Positions 47,306 through 62,190 are shown, counted from the stretch's first letter. The stretch: 64,000 nucleotides of DNA from Alphaproteobacteria bacterium (GCA_965248835.1 CBDFLJ010000002.1:64001-128000), one strand, 5' to 3'. The notes: generated by a model not told the origin, from the letters alone. Numbers and translations are program-made.

Positions 47306-47727
47306 AAATTGCTCGTTGTGAGATGATTTGAGACAGGATGGTGGTGCCCGCGATATTCATTTGGGGTTGTCGGTGACGGTGACGTCTGAGCCGTGCGATC
47401 GCCGTGGTCACTATCGGGTGGAGAGCTTGGTTAAGAGCGGCTTCGACAAGCTTCTGCCGATGCACGAGACCAAGGCGGACGCGCGCGCATCCCTCGGCGG
47501 CTGATCGGCCGGGGCAAGAACGCCGGGCCGAGCCGCCCCGGGATGTCCGACGGGCGGTTCGCTTCGCGGCCTTTGTAAAGCGTCCCTCCAGGGTCGATCG
47601 ACGGTCCGGTTGTCGCGCGAAGCCCCCGAATTGCGTTTGCGCCTTCGGCTCCTGTGCGCCGGGTTCGAGCGACCGCGTCGGATCGGCGGCCGGACGAGCA
47701 AATCCCCGCTTACGAGAGGCATGAGAG

Positions 47728-48432
47728 ATGGACAGACGGAAAGTAGCGATCGTCACCGCCGGCGGCCGGGGGATGGGCGCCGCGATTGCCCGAGCTCTAG
47801 CCGCGCAGGATCACGCGCTTGTCCTGATGTCGCCCGGCGGGTCCGCCGAGGCGCTGGCCGCAGAGCTCGGTGCGATCGGCGTCAACGGTTCGGTCACCAG
47901 GGCCGGGGACCTCGAAAAGCTGGTCGGCGCGGCGATGGACGCCCATGGCCGGATCGACGCCGTGGCCAACAACACCGGTTTCCCGCCCAAGGGGCCGCTG
48001 CTCGAGATCCCCGACGAGGACTGGCATGACGGCCTCGATATGGTCCTGATGAACGTCATCCGCATGGCCCGGCTGGTGACGCCGATCATGGCCGGGCAGC
48101 GCGGCGGTGCGATCGTCAACATTTCCACCTACGCCGCCGTCGAGCCCAGCCCGGCCTATCCGGTCTCCGCGACCTTCCGGGCGGGGCTCTCCGCGTTCAC
48201 CAAGCTCTATGCCGATCGCTACGCCCCCGACGGCATCCGCATGAACAACATCCTGCCCGGCTTCATCGATACCCACGGCGTCGACGAAGAGGTGGCGGAA
48301 GGCATCCCCGCGCGACGCTACGGAACCCCGGAAGAGGTGGGCGAAACTGCGGCGTTCCTGCTCTCCGAGGGCGCCGGCTACATCACCGGCCAGAACCTCC
48401 GCATCGATGGCGGGCTGACGCGGTCGGTGTAG
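47728..48432 (+). CDS. SDR family oxidoreductase
   Basis: TAGGRGMG, NNTG, NIS, PGFID, YITGQNLRIDGG. Confidence 0.9.
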   Translation: MDRRKVAIVTAGGRGMGAAIARALAAQDHALVLMSPGGSAEALAAELGAIGVNGSVTRAGDLEKLVGAAMDAHGRIDAVANNTGFPPKGPLLEIPDEDWHDGLDMVLMNVIRMARLVTPIMAGQRGGAIVNISTYAAVEPSPAYPVSATFRAGLSAFTKLYADRYAPDGIRMNNILPGFIDTHGVDEEVAEGIPARRYGTPEEVGETAAFLLSEGAGYITGQNLRIDGGLTRSV

Positions 48433-48445
48433 CCCGCCGCTTTCC

Positions 48446-48819
48446 TCACGGGTGCAACGAGATACAGATCGCCTCTTCGCCGGGTATCTCGCCGTCGAGC
48501 ATCCGGATGGCGCGGTTTGCGTTCTCTAGCATTTCGTGGGTGTGCAACGGCGCGAGGCGTTCGAGGTTCCGCGCCAGCAGGTCGATGCCGGCGCGATACA
48601 TGTCCGCGCCCTGGGTGAACACCCCCTTCATGGTGATTTCCTTGTAAACCATGCGGTCGGTATCCAGGGTCGCCATGTTGGTGCCGCCCTTGACCCCCGC
48701 GGCGACGACGGTGTCGCCCGACCGCACGACCTCGATGGCGTGGCCGATAACCCCGGTGTCGGCCGGGACCACGTCCATGGCAATATCGACGCCGCTTCCG
48801 CCGGTGATCTCCATGACCC
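48446..48819 (-). pseudogene. 3' remnant of a zinc-binding (MDR) alcohol dehydrogenase, truncated by IS3
   Basis: VMEITGG.GVDIAMDV...VRSG.TVV.AG...KEITMKG; the 5' part is missing at the IS end. Confidence 0.75.
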
Positions 48820-48835
48820 TGACCTTCTCCCGACA

Positions 48836-49754
48836 TTAGGGCCAGGTCGGCTGAGAGTGTTTCGTGTCGATCATAGCGCTCAAGGGCAGCTGAGTGGAGC
48901 CGTTGCGGAGCTCATGCGAAGCTGCCCGTGTTGCCAGATAGGCGGCCGGCGTCTGATAGCCGAGCGCCGAATGCGGCCTGGCGGTGTTGTGGTGCACGCG
49001 CCAGGCCTCGATCACCGACCGGGCATGGGCCAGGCTGGTGAACCATTCCTCGTTCAGGCATTGATCGCGGAACCTTCCATTGAAACTCTCCACGAACGCG
49101 TTCTGCACCGGCTTGCCGGGCTCGATGAAGTGAAGGCCGACGCCGGTGCGCCGGGACCACTCGAACATCGCCCGGGAAGTCAGCTCCGGACCGTTGTCCA
49201 TGACCAGCGTCTCGGGCAGGCCACGGCGGGCGGCCATATCCTCGAGGAAGCGGACCAGCCGCGCCCCGGAGATCGACACGTCGACGATCTGGCCCGGGCA
49301 TTCTCGGCTGTGGTCGTCGACGATGTTGAGGATGCGGAACCGCCGGCCCGAGGCGAGCTGGTCGGAGACAAAGTCCACCGACCAGCGCTGCATCGGCCGC
49401 TGCGGCACAGCCAGCGGCATGCGATCACGGCGTGGCAGCCGCCGGCGTACGCGACGGCGCACCTGCAGGCCTTCCTCGCGGTAGAGCCTGTCGGTCCGCT
49501 TGGCATTCACCACCAGGCCCTCACCGGCCAGCAGCACATGCAGGCGCAAGTAGCCATAGCGCCGATAGCGCGCCGCCAGATCCTTCATGCGAACACGCAG
49601 AACCTCGTCCTGCTTGGGCGTCGGGCGATACTGCGCCACCGAACGCGACAGGCCGACCACGCGACAGGCCGACCACGCGGCAGGCCCGCCGCTGGCTGTA
49701 GCTGCGCCGTTCCATCAGATAGCCCACGGCGTCCCGCCGCGCCGCGGGCTTCAC
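48836..49754 (-). pseudogene. IS3 transposase OrfB (DDE), frameshifted by a 16-bp tandem duplication
   Basis: WSVDF, DNGPE and ESFNGRFRD motifs; ACGCGACAGGCCGACC is repeated at 49643-49658 and 49659-49674. Confidence 0.85.
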
Positions 49755-50017
49755 CAGTTTTTTGATAGCAGATCCTTCAGCGAGGCGTTGTCCAAGTGCG
49801 CTTCCGCCAGAAGACGCTTCAGTTTGGCGTTCTCCGATTCCAGATCCTTCAGGCGCCGCGCTTCGGACACGCCCATGCCGCCGTACTTCGACTTCCAGCG
49901 ATAGAAGGTCTGCTCCGAGATCCCATGACGACGGCACAGATCCCGCGCCGTCCCGCCGGCCTCATGCTCCCGAAGCACACCGATGATCTGTTCGTCCGTA
50001 AACCGATTCCGCTTCAT
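49751..50017 (-). CDS. IS3 transposase OrfA
   Basis: RFTDEQIIGVL, CRRHGIS..TFYRWKSKYGGM, LESENAKLKRL. Confidence 0.88.
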   Translation of the reverse strand: MKRNRFTDEQIIGVLREHEAGGTARDLCRRHGISEQTFYRWKSKYGGMGVSEARRLKDLESENAKLKRLLAEAHLDNASLKDLLSKNW

Positions 50018-50408
50018 GTCGAGTTCTCCCTTCAAAAGTCTCCTCCGGAAAACTCTCTTCCGCTATGGCCCGGATCACGGGGGGAAGGTCAAGCGCACTC
50101 TCATTGCCGTATCGAGAGATCAAAGAAACTCAATGAATTCAGTGCTCGGGTTGGATGCCGGTCTCGCCCGTTCGGGCGAACGAAATTCCAACTCCGGGAA
50201 TTCCAAATCCCGCTAACCCATTGAAATTTCTACGGTCTGAAAAGCCGTACAGAATTGGCGCAGTCAACAGTCGCGGAGAATATCGGCGGAGAGAGCGGAT
50301 TCGGCCCGAATCGCGGGACCGGCGGTCAACGGTTGTCGGCTGAAACCCGCGCGAATACTGAGCTTTTTGCGTTGCCCGAAGCGAACAGAGAAAGTTGGGC
50401 GTGGGGCT

Positions 50409-50497
50409 TGGCGGAGGGGGTGGGATTCGAACCCACGGTACGCAAAGCGTACAACGGTTTTCGAGACCGCCCCGTTCGACCACTCCGGCACCCCTCC
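50409..50497 (-). tRNA. tRNA-Ser(CGA)
   Basis: GGAGGGG acceptor, anticodon loop CTCGAAA, long variable arm GTACGC-TTT-GCGTAC, TTCGAAT, GCCA end. Confidence 0.96.
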
Positions 50498-50605
50498 GCT
50501 GACGCGGCTCGACCCCGCGCGGCGGCGCGGACCCTAGCGCATCCTTGGGGCGGGCCGCAACCGCGTCGCACGGCCGCGAAACGGCGCCGAGTCGGGGGAT
50601 ATCCG

Positions 50606-50633
50606 TTGACTTGCGGGCCGGGCTGGCTATAGT
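50606..50633 (+). promoter_or_regulatory. Sigma70 promoter of the rplU operon
   Basis: TTGACT-16 bp-TATAGT, 26 bp upstream of the ATG. Confidence 0.65.
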
Positions 50634-50659
50634 CGCGGCCTTCGTTTTCGGTTGGATCG

Positions 50660-51054
50660 ATGTTTGCAGTCATACGCACGGGCGGGAAGCAGTACCGCAT
50701 CCGGAAGGACGACGTGATCAGGGTCGAGCGCTTGGCCGGCGAACCGGGCGCGACGGTCGCGTTCGACCAGGTGCTGATGCTGGACTCGGGCACCGGGGTG
50801 ACCATCGGCAGCCCGCTGGTCGAGGGTGCGCACGTCGCAGCCACCGTTCTCGATCAGGCGCGCGCCGAGAAGATCCTGGTCTTCAAGAAAAAGCGCCGGA
50901 AGAAATATCGCCGGTTGCACGGACACCGCCAGGACCTGACGGTGCTGCGGATCACAGACATTGCCGCCGGTGCCGAAGAGCCGCCGGCCGAGGAGGGCTC
51001 CGGATCAGTGTCGGAAACGACACAGGCGTCGGCCGGGACCGGGGAGACTTCATA

Positions 51055-51055
<1 letters not shown>
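50660..51055 (+). CDS. rplU: 50S ribosomal protein L21
   Basis: [19 protein letters not shown]...GHRQ. Confidence 0.97.
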
Positions 51056-53496
<2,441 letters not shown>

Positions 53497-53526
53497 AGCG
53501 TCCGAAGCGATGACGGGGAGGCGGTA

Positions 53527-54810
53527 ATGGCGACGCGCCGCACGGTCGGGGAGGCCGACGCACGACAGATGGTCGAAGGACTCGCCCGCGAGGCGCGGGC
53601 GGCGGTGCGCGCGATGGCCGCATGCGGATCGGAGGACAAGAACCGCGCGCTGCATGCCGCCGCTGCCAGGATACGCGCCGACGAAAAGGCCCTGCTCGCC
53701 GCCAATGCGCGCGATTTTGCCGCGCTCGACCGGTCGCGCCGGACCGAGGCGTTCACCGACCGGCTCGGGCTGACGCCCGCGCGCATCGAGGCGATGGCGG
53801 CCGGGCTGGAGCAGATTGCCGGTCTACCCGATCCCGTTGGTGAGGTGATCGCGGCCTGGTCCCGGCCCAACGGGCTTTCGATCGAGCGCGTCCGCGTGCC
53901 GCTCGGCGTGATCGGGATCATCTACGAATCGCGGCCCAACGTGACGGCGGACGCTGGTGCGCTGTGCCTGAAATCGGGCAATGCAGCGATCCTGCGCGGC
54001 GGCTCGGAAAGTCGTCACTCCAGCGCGGCGATCATGGCCTGCCTGGGCGCCGGGCTCGCCGAAGCGGGCCTGCCGGCGGGCGCGATCCAGATCGTGCCGA
54101 CGACCGACCGCGCCGCGGTCGGCGCGATGCTGACCATGCCCGACCTGATCGACATCATCGTCCCGCGCGGCGGCAAGTCGCTGATCGAGCGCGTCCAGCG
54201 CGAGAGCAGGACACCGGTGATCGCCCATCTCGACGGCAACTGCCACGTCTATGTGGAGCGCGGCGCCGATCCTGAGGTGGCTCGATCAATCGCGTTCAAC
54301 GCCAAGATGCGCCGGACCGGGATCTGCGGGGCGGCCGAGACTCTCCTGATCGACCGCTCGATCGCCTCGAGCGTATTGCCGCCGATCCTCGACGATCTGG
54401 CCGCTTCGGGCTGCGAGCTGCGTGGCGATGTCGCCACCTGTGCGCTGGACGATCGCGTGGTCGCCGCGACGGAGGAGGATTGGTACACCGAATACCTCGA
54501 TTCGATCATTGCGGTGAAGCAGGTCGAGGGGCTGGAAGACGCGATCGCGCACATCAACACCTACGGCTCGCACCACACCGACTCGATCGTCACCGGCGAT
54601 GCGCGGGCTGCGGAGCGGTTTCTCGGTGCGGTGGATTCCGCGATCGTGCTCCACAACGCCTCGACCCAGTTCGCTGACGGCGGCGAGTTCGGGATGGGTG
54701 CGGAGATCGGCATTTCCACCGGCCGGCTGCACGCTCGCGGCCCGGTCGGGGTCGAGCAGCTCACCACTTACAAATACGTGGTGCGCGGTTCCGGGCAGGT
54801 TCGGCCCTGA
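53527..54810 (+). CDS. proA: Gamma-glutamyl phosphate reductase
   Basis: [40 protein letters not shown]. Confidence 0.97.
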   Translation: MATRRTVGEADARQMVEGLAREARAAVRAMAACGSEDKNRALHAAAARIRADEKALLAANARDFAALDRSRRTEAFTDRLGLTPARIEAMAAGLEQIAGLPDPVGEVIAAWSRPNGLSIERVRVPLGVIGIIYESRPNVTADAGALCLKSGNAAILRGGSESRHSSAAIMACLGAGLAEAGLPAGAIQIVPTTDRAAVGAMLTMPDLIDIIVPRGGKSLIERVQRESRTPVIAHLDGNCHVYVERGADPEVARSIAFNAKMRRTGICGAAETLLIDRSIASSVLPPILDDLAASGCELRGDVATCALDDRVVAATEEDWYTEYLDSIIAVKQVEGLEDAIAHINTYGSHHTDSIVTGDARAAERFLGAVDSAIVLHNASTQFADGGEFGMGAEIGISTGRLHARGPVGVEQLTTYKYVVRGSGQVRP

Positions 54811-55481
54811 CCGTCTACACCACGATCCGTCGTGGCCTGGATGCGCCCGGTCTCAGAGTCGGCATCCTCGGCGGGTCCTTCAACCCGGCCCACGAGGGCC
54901 ACCTGCATATCAGCCTGCTGGCGCTCAAGCAGCTCAGGCTGGACGAGATCTGGTGGATGGTCTCGCCGCAGAACCCGCTCAAGCCGGCCGAAGGCATGGC
55001 CGGCTTCGACGACCGGCTCACCGGGGCTCACAGGTTCGCCCGCCATCCGGCGATCCGCGTCGTCGACATCGAACAACGCCTGGGCACCCGCTATACCGCC
55101 CATTCGCTGCACGCGATGAAGTTCTGCTTCCCGCGCATGCACTTCGTCTGGATCATGGGCGCCGACAATCTCGCCGAGATCTCCAGATGGCGGCAATGGA
55201 CCAAAATCTTCAATCTCATGCCCATTGCCGTTTTCGACCGCGCGCCGTATTCTTTCGGGGCGATCGCCGGGAAGGCGGCGCAGGCGTTCTCACGATTCAA
55301 GATGAAGCGCAAGGACGCCCACGAGTTGATCGAAACGAAGCCGCCGGCGTGGATGTTCTTCCACACCAGACTGCATCCCGCCTCGGCAACGAATATCCGG
55401 GCGCGGCGCCAGGTGGCTCCGCCAAACGAGGAACGTGCGGCGCACGAGGCCCGATCCCGGGAAGGAGCGCAAGATCGCTGA
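54807..55481 (+). CDS. nadD: Nicotinate-nucleotide adenylyltransferase (probable CTG start)
   Basis: [14 protein letters not shown] lies upstream of the first ATG; [11 protein letters not shown] and WIMGADNL follow. Confidence 0.9.
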   Translation: MTVYTTIRRGLDAPGLRVGILGGSFNPAHEGHLHISLLALKQLRLDEIWWMVSPQNPLKPAEGMAGFDDRLTGAHRFARHPAIRVVDIEQRLGTRYTAHSLHAMKFCFPRMHFVWIMGADNLAEISRWRQWTKIFNLMPIAVFDRAPYSFGAIAGKAAQAFSRFKMKRKDAHELIETKPPAWMFFHTRLHPASATNIRARRQVAPPNEERAAHEARSREGAQDR

Positions 55482-55857
55482 CGGCGAACCGGCCGGTTCC
55501 GGATCCGATCCCCTGATCGAGGCCATCACGGCCTGCCTCGACGACAACAAAGCCATCGACGTGATGGTGATCGACCTGCGCGGCAAATCGCCGATGGCAG
55601 ACTACATGGTGGTTGCCTCCGGCGTCTCGGCGCGGCAGGTAGGCGCCCTGGCCCAACATCTGCTCCGCCGGCTGAAGCAGTTCGGCATCATCGGCATCAC
55701 CCCCGAAGGGCTCAAACAGGGCGATTGGGTGCTGATCGACGCCGGCGATGCGATCGTCCACCTGTTTCGCCCCGAAATCCGGGATTTCTACGGCATCGAG
55801 AAGATGTGGGGCATTTCGCTCGGCGAACCGGACCGGACGACCGAGGCCGGCGGCTGA
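55435..55857 (+). CDS. rsfS: Ribosome silencing factor
   Basis: LDDNKA.D...IDL, DYMVVASG, DWVLIDAGD.IVHLF..E.R.FY..EKMW; start uncertain. Confidence 0.93.
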   Translation: MRRTRPDPGKERKIADGEPAGSGSDPLIEAITACLDDNKAIDVMVIDLRGKSPMADYMVVASGVSARQVGALAQHLLRRLKQFGIIGITPEGLKQGDWVLIDAGDAIVHLFRPEIRDFYGIEKMWGISLGEPDRTTEAGG

Positions 55858-55865
55858 GCGCGCCG

Positions 55866-56327
55866 CTGCGGCTGACGATCGTCTCGGTCGGCCGGTTCAA
55901 GTCCGGTCCCGAACAGGCCCTGTTCGAGCATTTTCGCCGCCGGGTGTCCTGGCAGACGACCCTCCGCGAGGTCGAGGTCGCGGGCGGCCGCGTCGGCGGG
56001 GCGCGCATCAGACGCGAGGCAGAAGGGCTCGAGGCGGCGGTCCCGGCGGGCGCGCGCCGTGTGGCGCTGGATGAGCGCGGCAAAGCGCTGTCGAGCGCGC
56101 ATTTCGCGCGGCTTCTCGGAGATTGGCAGGACTCCGGCCACCGCGAGGTCGCGTTCTTCATCGGCGGTGCGGAAGGGCTCGCGCCCGGTCTCGTGGCGGG
56201 CTGCGATCTGGTGCTGTCCTACGGCAGCCCGACCTGGCCGCACCTGATGGTGCGCGGCATGCTGATGGAGCAGATCTACCGCGCGCAGCAGATCCTCGTC
56301 GGTCACCCCTACCACCGCGGCAAATAA
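55866..56327 (+). CDS. rlmH: 23S rRNA (pseudouridine1915-N3)-methyltransferase (probable CTG start)
   Basis: (M)RLTIVSVGR, LDERGK.LSS, FFIGGAEG, TWPH..VR.ML.EQIYRA...GHPYHR. Confidence 0.92.
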   Translation: MRLTIVSVGRFKSGPEQALFEHFRRRVSWQTTLREVEVAGGRVGGARIRREAEGLEAAVPAGARRVALDERGKALSSAHFARLLGDWQDSGHREVAFFIGGAEGLAPGLVAGCDLVLSYGSPTWPHLMVRGMLMEQIYRAQQILVGHPYHRGK

Positions 56328-56411
56328 AGGGTGGCTTTGCGTGCCCGATCGCTACAGTTTGTCGGCACTCTTGCCTAAATGGAGACCAGCAAGAGAGGGC
56401 CATTGACACTC

Positions 56412-57599
56412 ATGGCGCGACATCGCCTGCTCGCGGCTGCCATTCTGGCGCTCATTGCCGGCACAGCGGCCGTTTGCCCCGCTGCCGCGGACACGAAGGC
56501 GGACCCTCAGCGTCTGGAGGCGGTCAAACGCGCGCTCGAAAGGGCCCGAGACGACGGCACCGCCCTGCAGCAGCGCGCCGCGGACGAAGCGCGACGGCTA
56601 ACTCGGCTGAAGCGCCGCCTGGTCGGGATTGCCGCGACAACCCGGCGCTTCGACGACCGGATCGCTGCCAAGGACGAAGCTCTGAAAGGGCTGATCGCGC
56701 GCGAGGCGAAGGCCGCGAATGCGCTGGCGGGACGGCGCGAGTCGCTCGGGCGCCTGCTCGCTGCACTGCAGCATCTGGCGCGCCGTCCGGTCCGCGCCGG
56801 CATGTTGGCGGGCGCCGCGGATCCGCTGCCGACCCTGCGCGGGGCCATGGTGATGCGCCATGCAGTGCCCCGCCTGGACCACGACGCGAGGGCGCTTGCC
56901 GCCGAACTGCAGACCCTGAGGCGCCTGCGTCGGACGATCGTCCGTGAGCAGGTCGAACGCGACCGGGTCCAGGCCGCGCTCACCGCCGAGCGGCGCGCTC
57001 TCGCCGGGCTGATCGAGGAGCGAACCCGGCTCGAGCGCCGCTGGCGGAAGGCTGGCGCCAGCGCGCACGCAACGGCGGCACGCCTGGCAGACGAGGCCGA
57101 AGGGATCGAACAGCTCCTTGAACGGATCGACCGGGCGCAGCAAGGCCTCGGGCTGCGGCCGGGCGATCTGCTGGCCTCACCCGAACAGGCCTCGACCCTG
57201 GTGGTCGCGAGACGGGCGCCCCTGGCCGCGCCGCGCCTGCCGGTCGCCGGCAAGGTGACCGCGAAATTCGGCGGCAAGGTGCGCGGCACCACCGTGCGGA
57301 CGCGCCCGGCCGCGGAGGTGGTCGCGCCGCGCGCCGGTCGGGTCGTCTTCGCCGGCCCGTTCCGGGGCTATGGCCAACTCTTGATCATCCAGCATGCCGG
57401 GGGATATCATATGCTTCTCGCTGGATTGGGCCGGCTCCACGCCGGTTCTGGCGACGAGGTTCTCGCCGGCGAGCCGATCGGTGCCATGGGATCCAAGTCC
57501 GGCAGCGCAAGCGATCTCTATATCGAGCTGCGTCACGGTGGCCGCCTCATCAACCCTTTGCCCTGGCTAGCGGCAAACAGCGACAAGGTAAGTGGATAA
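56412..57599 (+). CDS. envC: Murein hydrolase activator EnvC family (coiled coil plus degenerate M23)
   Basis: Signal peptide, coiled coil, VFAGPFRGYGQLLII.H..GY, LYIELR....INP.PWL. Confidence 0.85.
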   Translation: MARHRLLAAAILALIAGTAAVCPAAADTKADPQRLEAVKRALERARDDGTALQQRAADEARRLTRLKRRLVGIAATTRRFDDRIAAKDEALKGLIAREAKAANALAGRRESLGRLLAALQHLARRPVRAGMLAGAADPLPTLRGAMVMRHAVPRLDHDARALAAELQTLRRLRRTIVREQVERDRVQAALTAERRALAGLIEERTRLERRWRKAGASAHATAARLADEAEGIEQLLERIDRAQQGLGLRPGDLLASPEQASTLVVARRAPLAAPRLPVAGKVTAKFGGKVRGTTVRTRPAAEVVAPRAGRVVFAGPFRGYGQLLIIQHAGGYHMLLAGLGRLHAGSGDEVLAGEPIGAMGSKSGSASDLYIELRHGGRLINPLPWLAANSDKVSG

Positions 57600-58888
57600 T
57601 GCGAGCCCGGATCTTCGCGGCGGCGGCCGTTGTCTCCCTCGTGGCCTTTACGGTCCCGGCCGGCGCGCAATCGAACACCTCGGAGACCTACCGGCAGCTC
57701 AACCTGTTCGGCGACATCTTCGAGCGGGTGCGCTCGGACTACGTCAAGGAAGTCTCCGACGAGAAGCTTGTTGAATTCGCGATCAATGGGATGCTGACGT
57801 CGCTCGATCCGCATTCGAGCTATCTGAATGCCAAGAACTTCCGCGACATGCAGGTGCAGACCCGCGGCGAGTTCGGCGGGCTGGGTATCGAGGTGACGAT
57901 GGAGAACGGCTTGGTCAAGGTGGTCTCGCCGATCGACGACACCCCAGCCCACCGCGCCGGCCTCAAGCCGGGCGATCTGATCACCCATCTCGACAAGGAG
58001 GCGGTGCAGGGCATGACGCTCTCCGAGGCGGTAGAACGCATGCGCGGTCCGGTCGATACCGATGTCGTGATTACCATCCGCCGGCTCGAACGCGAGCCGT
58101 TCGACGTCACCATCACCCGCGCGGTCATCAAGATCCAGTCGGTGCGCTCGCGGGCCGAGGGCGATGTCGGCTATATTCGGGTCACCACGTTCAGCGAGCA
58201 GACCGCGCGCGGAGTCGAGCGCGCCCTGGAGAAGTTCCACGCCGGGCTGGGCGCGAAGATGAAGGGCTTGGTGCTCGATCTGCGCAACAACCCCGGCGGC
58301 CTACTCGACCAGTCGGTCAAGGTCGCCGACGTTTTCCTCGACCGTGGCGAGATCGTCTCCACCCGCTCGCGCCGGTCCGACGATGCCCAGCGTTTCAATG
58401 CCAAGCCCGGCGACAGCGCGAACGGCCTGCCGATCGTGGTGCTGATAAACGGCGGGTCGGCCTCGGCCTCGGAGATCGTCGCCGGGGCGCTTCAGGACCA
58501 CCGCCGCGGCATCCTCATGGGTACGCGGTCGTTCGGCAAGGGATCAGTCCAGACGATCATCCCGCTGGCCGGCCACGGGGCGATCCGGCTGACCACGGCG
58601 CAGTACTACACACCCTCGGGCCGATCGATCCAGGCCAAGGGGATCGACCCCGATATCGTCGTCGAGCAGGCTCGAATCGAGACCGTCAACGAAGAGGGCC
58701 GCCGGCGCGAGCGCGACCTGCGCGGGGCGCTGAGAAACCCGGACGAGACCGGTTCCGATGGCAAGCCCCGGTCCGGCAGGAGCGACTCTGGCGCCCCCTC
58801 GTCCTCCCCGCCAGAGGATTACCAGCTTACGCGGGCGATCGACCTGCTGCGCGGTCTTGCGCTCTACGCGACCAGGCCCGGCAACTAG
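57599..58888 (+). CDS. ctpA: S41 carboxy-terminal processing protease
   Basis: LDPHSSY, PDZ GGLGIEV, DLRNNPGG, SASASEIVAGALQD, GKGSVQ. Confidence 0.95.
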   Translation: MRARIFAAAAVVSLVAFTVPAGAQSNTSETYRQLNLFGDIFERVRSDYVKEVSDEKLVEFAINGMLTSLDPHSSYLNAKNFRDMQVQTRGEFGGLGIEVTMENGLVKVVSPIDDTPAHRAGLKPGDLITHLDKEAVQGMTLSEAVERMRGPVDTDVVITIRRLEREPFDVTITRAVIKIQSVRSRAEGDVGYIRVTTFSEQTARGVERALEKFHAGLGAKMKGLVLDLRNNPGGLLDQSVKVADVFLDRGEIVSTRSRRSDDAQRFNAKPGDSANGLPIVVLINGGSASASEIVAGALQDHRRGILMGTRSFGKGSVQTIIPLAGHGAIRLTTAQYYTPSGRSIQAKGIDPDIVVEQARIETVNEEGRRRERDLRGALRNPDETGSDGKPRSGRSDSGAPSSSPPEDYQLTRAIDLLRGLALYATRPGN

Positions 58889-58900
58889 CGCCCGATCCCG

Positions 58901-59389
58901 GTGCTTGCGGCGCCGCCTGACGGCTATCGTCCCTGTGTCGGCGTGGTGCTGTTCAACGATCACGGGCTGGTCTTCGCGGGCCGGCGGATCGATACGGCGG
59001 GCGACGCCTGGCAGCTACCGCAGGGCGGGATCGATGGCGGCGAGGCGCCCGGCGAGGCGGGGCTGCGCGAGCTTGCCGAGGAGACCGGAACGGACCGGGC
59101 GCGGATCGTCGACGAGCTCCCGGGCTGGCTGACCTACGACCTGCCGGCGGAACTCGCCGAGCGGATTTGGGGCGGGCGTTATCGCGGCCAGGCGCAGAAA
59201 TGGCTGCTGGCCCGGTTCACCGGCCGTGATGAGGATTTCGATCTGACCGCCGCCGGGCACGCCGAGTTTGATGCCTGGCGCTGGATGGACCTGGCCGAGA
59301 TCGCCGTGCAGATCGTCCCCTTCAAGCGCGCGGTCTATGACCGCCTGGTCGAGGGTTTCGCCGCGCGCATCGCGCGTGAGACCGCGTAG
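58901..59389 (+). CDS. rppH: RNA pyrophosphohydrolase
   Basis: [16 protein letters not shown].....RELAEETG Nudix box, YRGQ.QKW, VPFKR.VY. Confidence 0.93.
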   Translation: MLAAPPDGYRPCVGVVLFNDHGLVFAGRRIDTAGDAWQLPQGGIDGGEAPGEAGLRELAEETGTDRARIVDELPGWLTYDLPAELAERIWGGRYRGQAQKWLLARFTGRDEDFDLTAAGHAEFDAWRWMDLAEIAVQIVPFKRAVYDRLVEGFAARIARETA

Positions 59390-59397
59390 GCCGAAGC

Positions 59398-59811
59398 TCA
59401 GGCGCCACCGGTGCGGATGGCCTCGCGCAGCGCCTCGGCGACGGCGATCCGCTTGCGCGCCGCGTCGCGCGCGGACTCGTCCTCGGCGTATTCGAGGTCA
59501 TCGCGCGCGGCGGCAATTCGGTCCTCGGCCGCCTGCGGGTCGGCCTCTTCCAAGCCCACCGCCTCCTCGGCGAGCACCGTGCAGCGTTCGGGGTTGACCT
59601 CCGCGAAGCCGCCGGCAACGAAAACCCGCCGCTCCACCGCGCCGCCGTTCCAGATCGAGATCACGCCGGTGCGCACCGTGGAGATGAACGGCGCGTGGCC
59701 CGGCAGGACGCCGAAATCGCCCTCGGCGCCCGGCACCACCACCATCTCGACCGGGGCGGAAATCAACAGCCGTTCCGGCGAGACAAGCTCGAAGTCGACG
59801 GTTCCGGCCAT
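59398..59811 (-). CDS. atpC: ATP synthase F1 epsilon
   Basis: FELVSPE, PG.EGDFGVLPGHAP, GGFAEV. Confidence 0.96.
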   Translation of the reverse strand: MAGTVDFELVSPERLLISAPVEMVVVPGAEGDFGVLPGHAPFISTVRTGVISIWNGGAVERRVFVAGGFAEVNPERCTVLAEEAVGLEEADPQAAEDRIAAARDDLEYAEDESARDAARKRIAVAEALREAIRTGGA

Positions 59812-59814
59812 GGC

Positions 59815-61254
<1,440 letters not shown>

Positions 61255-61282
61255 TTACCTGGCACGTCCGGACCGCCCGCGC

Positions 61283-62176
61283 TCAGACCGCCTCGGCACC
61301 GGAGATGATCTCGATCAACTCGCTGGTGATGGCCGCCTGGCGTGTCCGGTTGTAGTTGAGCGTCAGCCGGTCGATCATGTCGCCGGCGTTGCGCGTGGCG
61401 TTGTCCATCGCGGCCATCCGCGCGCCCTGCTCCGAGGCGTTGTTCTCCAGCAGCGCCCGGAAGACCTGGATCGACAGGTTGAGCGGCAGCAGGTCGGCCA
61501 GGATCTCGCTCTCGTCGGGCTCGAACTCGTAGACTGCTCTGGAGCCGGTGGTCTGCGCCTGCTCTTCCTCGACCGCCGCCGACAGGCCGAACGGGATGAG
61601 CTGCTGGACGGTCACGATCTGGCGGATGGCGGAGGCGAACTTGTTGTAGACGATGGTGCAAACGTCGAATGCGTCCTCGTCGTAGAGCGCGACCAGCCGG
61701 TCGGCGATCCCGCTGGCGTCGGCGTAGCCGAGGCTCGGACGGCCGACCTCGTCGATCGTCTCGACGATCATGGCGCCGTACTCGCGCAGCAGCTGGGCGC
61801 GCGCCTTGCGCCCGATGCATAGGATCTTGACCTCCTTGCCGGCGGCCTGGAGGGAGCGCAGCCGGTGGCGCGCCTCACGCACGATGGTCGAGTTGAACCC
61901 GCCGCACAGCCCGCGGTCCGAAGTGGCGACCACCAGGAGATGTACCTGATCGCGGCCGCGTCCGCCGAGCAGCGCAGGCGCATTGGTCCCCGGTGTAAGG
62001 CTTGCCGCAAGCGAGGCCAGCATGCGCTCCATGCTCTCGGCGTAGGGTCTGGCCGCCTCGGCCTGCTCCTGGGCGCGGCGCAGCTTGGCGGCTGCGACCA
62101 TCTTCATCGCCGCGGTGATCTTCTGCGTCGACTTGACGCTGTTGATGCGTGTGCGCAGGTCCTTGAGGTTGGGCAT
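61283..62176 (-). CDS. atpG: ATP synthase F1 gamma
   Basis: [36 protein letters not shown]. Confidence 0.98.
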   Translation of the reverse strand: MPNLKDLRTRINSVKSTQKITAAMKMVAAAKLRRAQEQAEAARPYAESMERMLASLAASLTPGTNAPALLGGRGRDQVHLLVVATSDRGLCGGFNSTIVREARHRLRSLQAAGKEVKILCIGRKARAQLLREYGAMIVETIDEVGRPSLGYADASGIADRLVALYDEDAFDVCTIVYNKFASAIRQIVTVQQLIPFGLSAAVEEEQAQTTGSRAVYEFEPDESEILADLLPLNLSIQVFRALLENNASEQGARMAAMDNATRNAGDMIDRLTLNYNRTRQAAITSELIEIISGAEAV

Positions 62177-62190
62177 CGGCGTGGCGATCC

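Larger units (their letters stand above)
48820..50091 (-). mobile_element. IS3 family element (IS407 group), 1272 bp, transposase inactivated
   Basis: TG...CA ends with inverted repeats TGACCTTCTCCC.. / TGACCTTCCCCC..; orfA MKRNRFTDEQII; slippery AAAAAAC; no target duplication. Confidence 0.92.

Noticed and set aside
17315-50408. One 33-kb island between the two tRNAs carrying the sphingolipid locus
   Set aside because: The tRNAs differ and converge, and there are no flanking direct repeats. The 24.2-43.7 kb genes look host-like in GC and codon use, so two separate small scars are more parsimonious.
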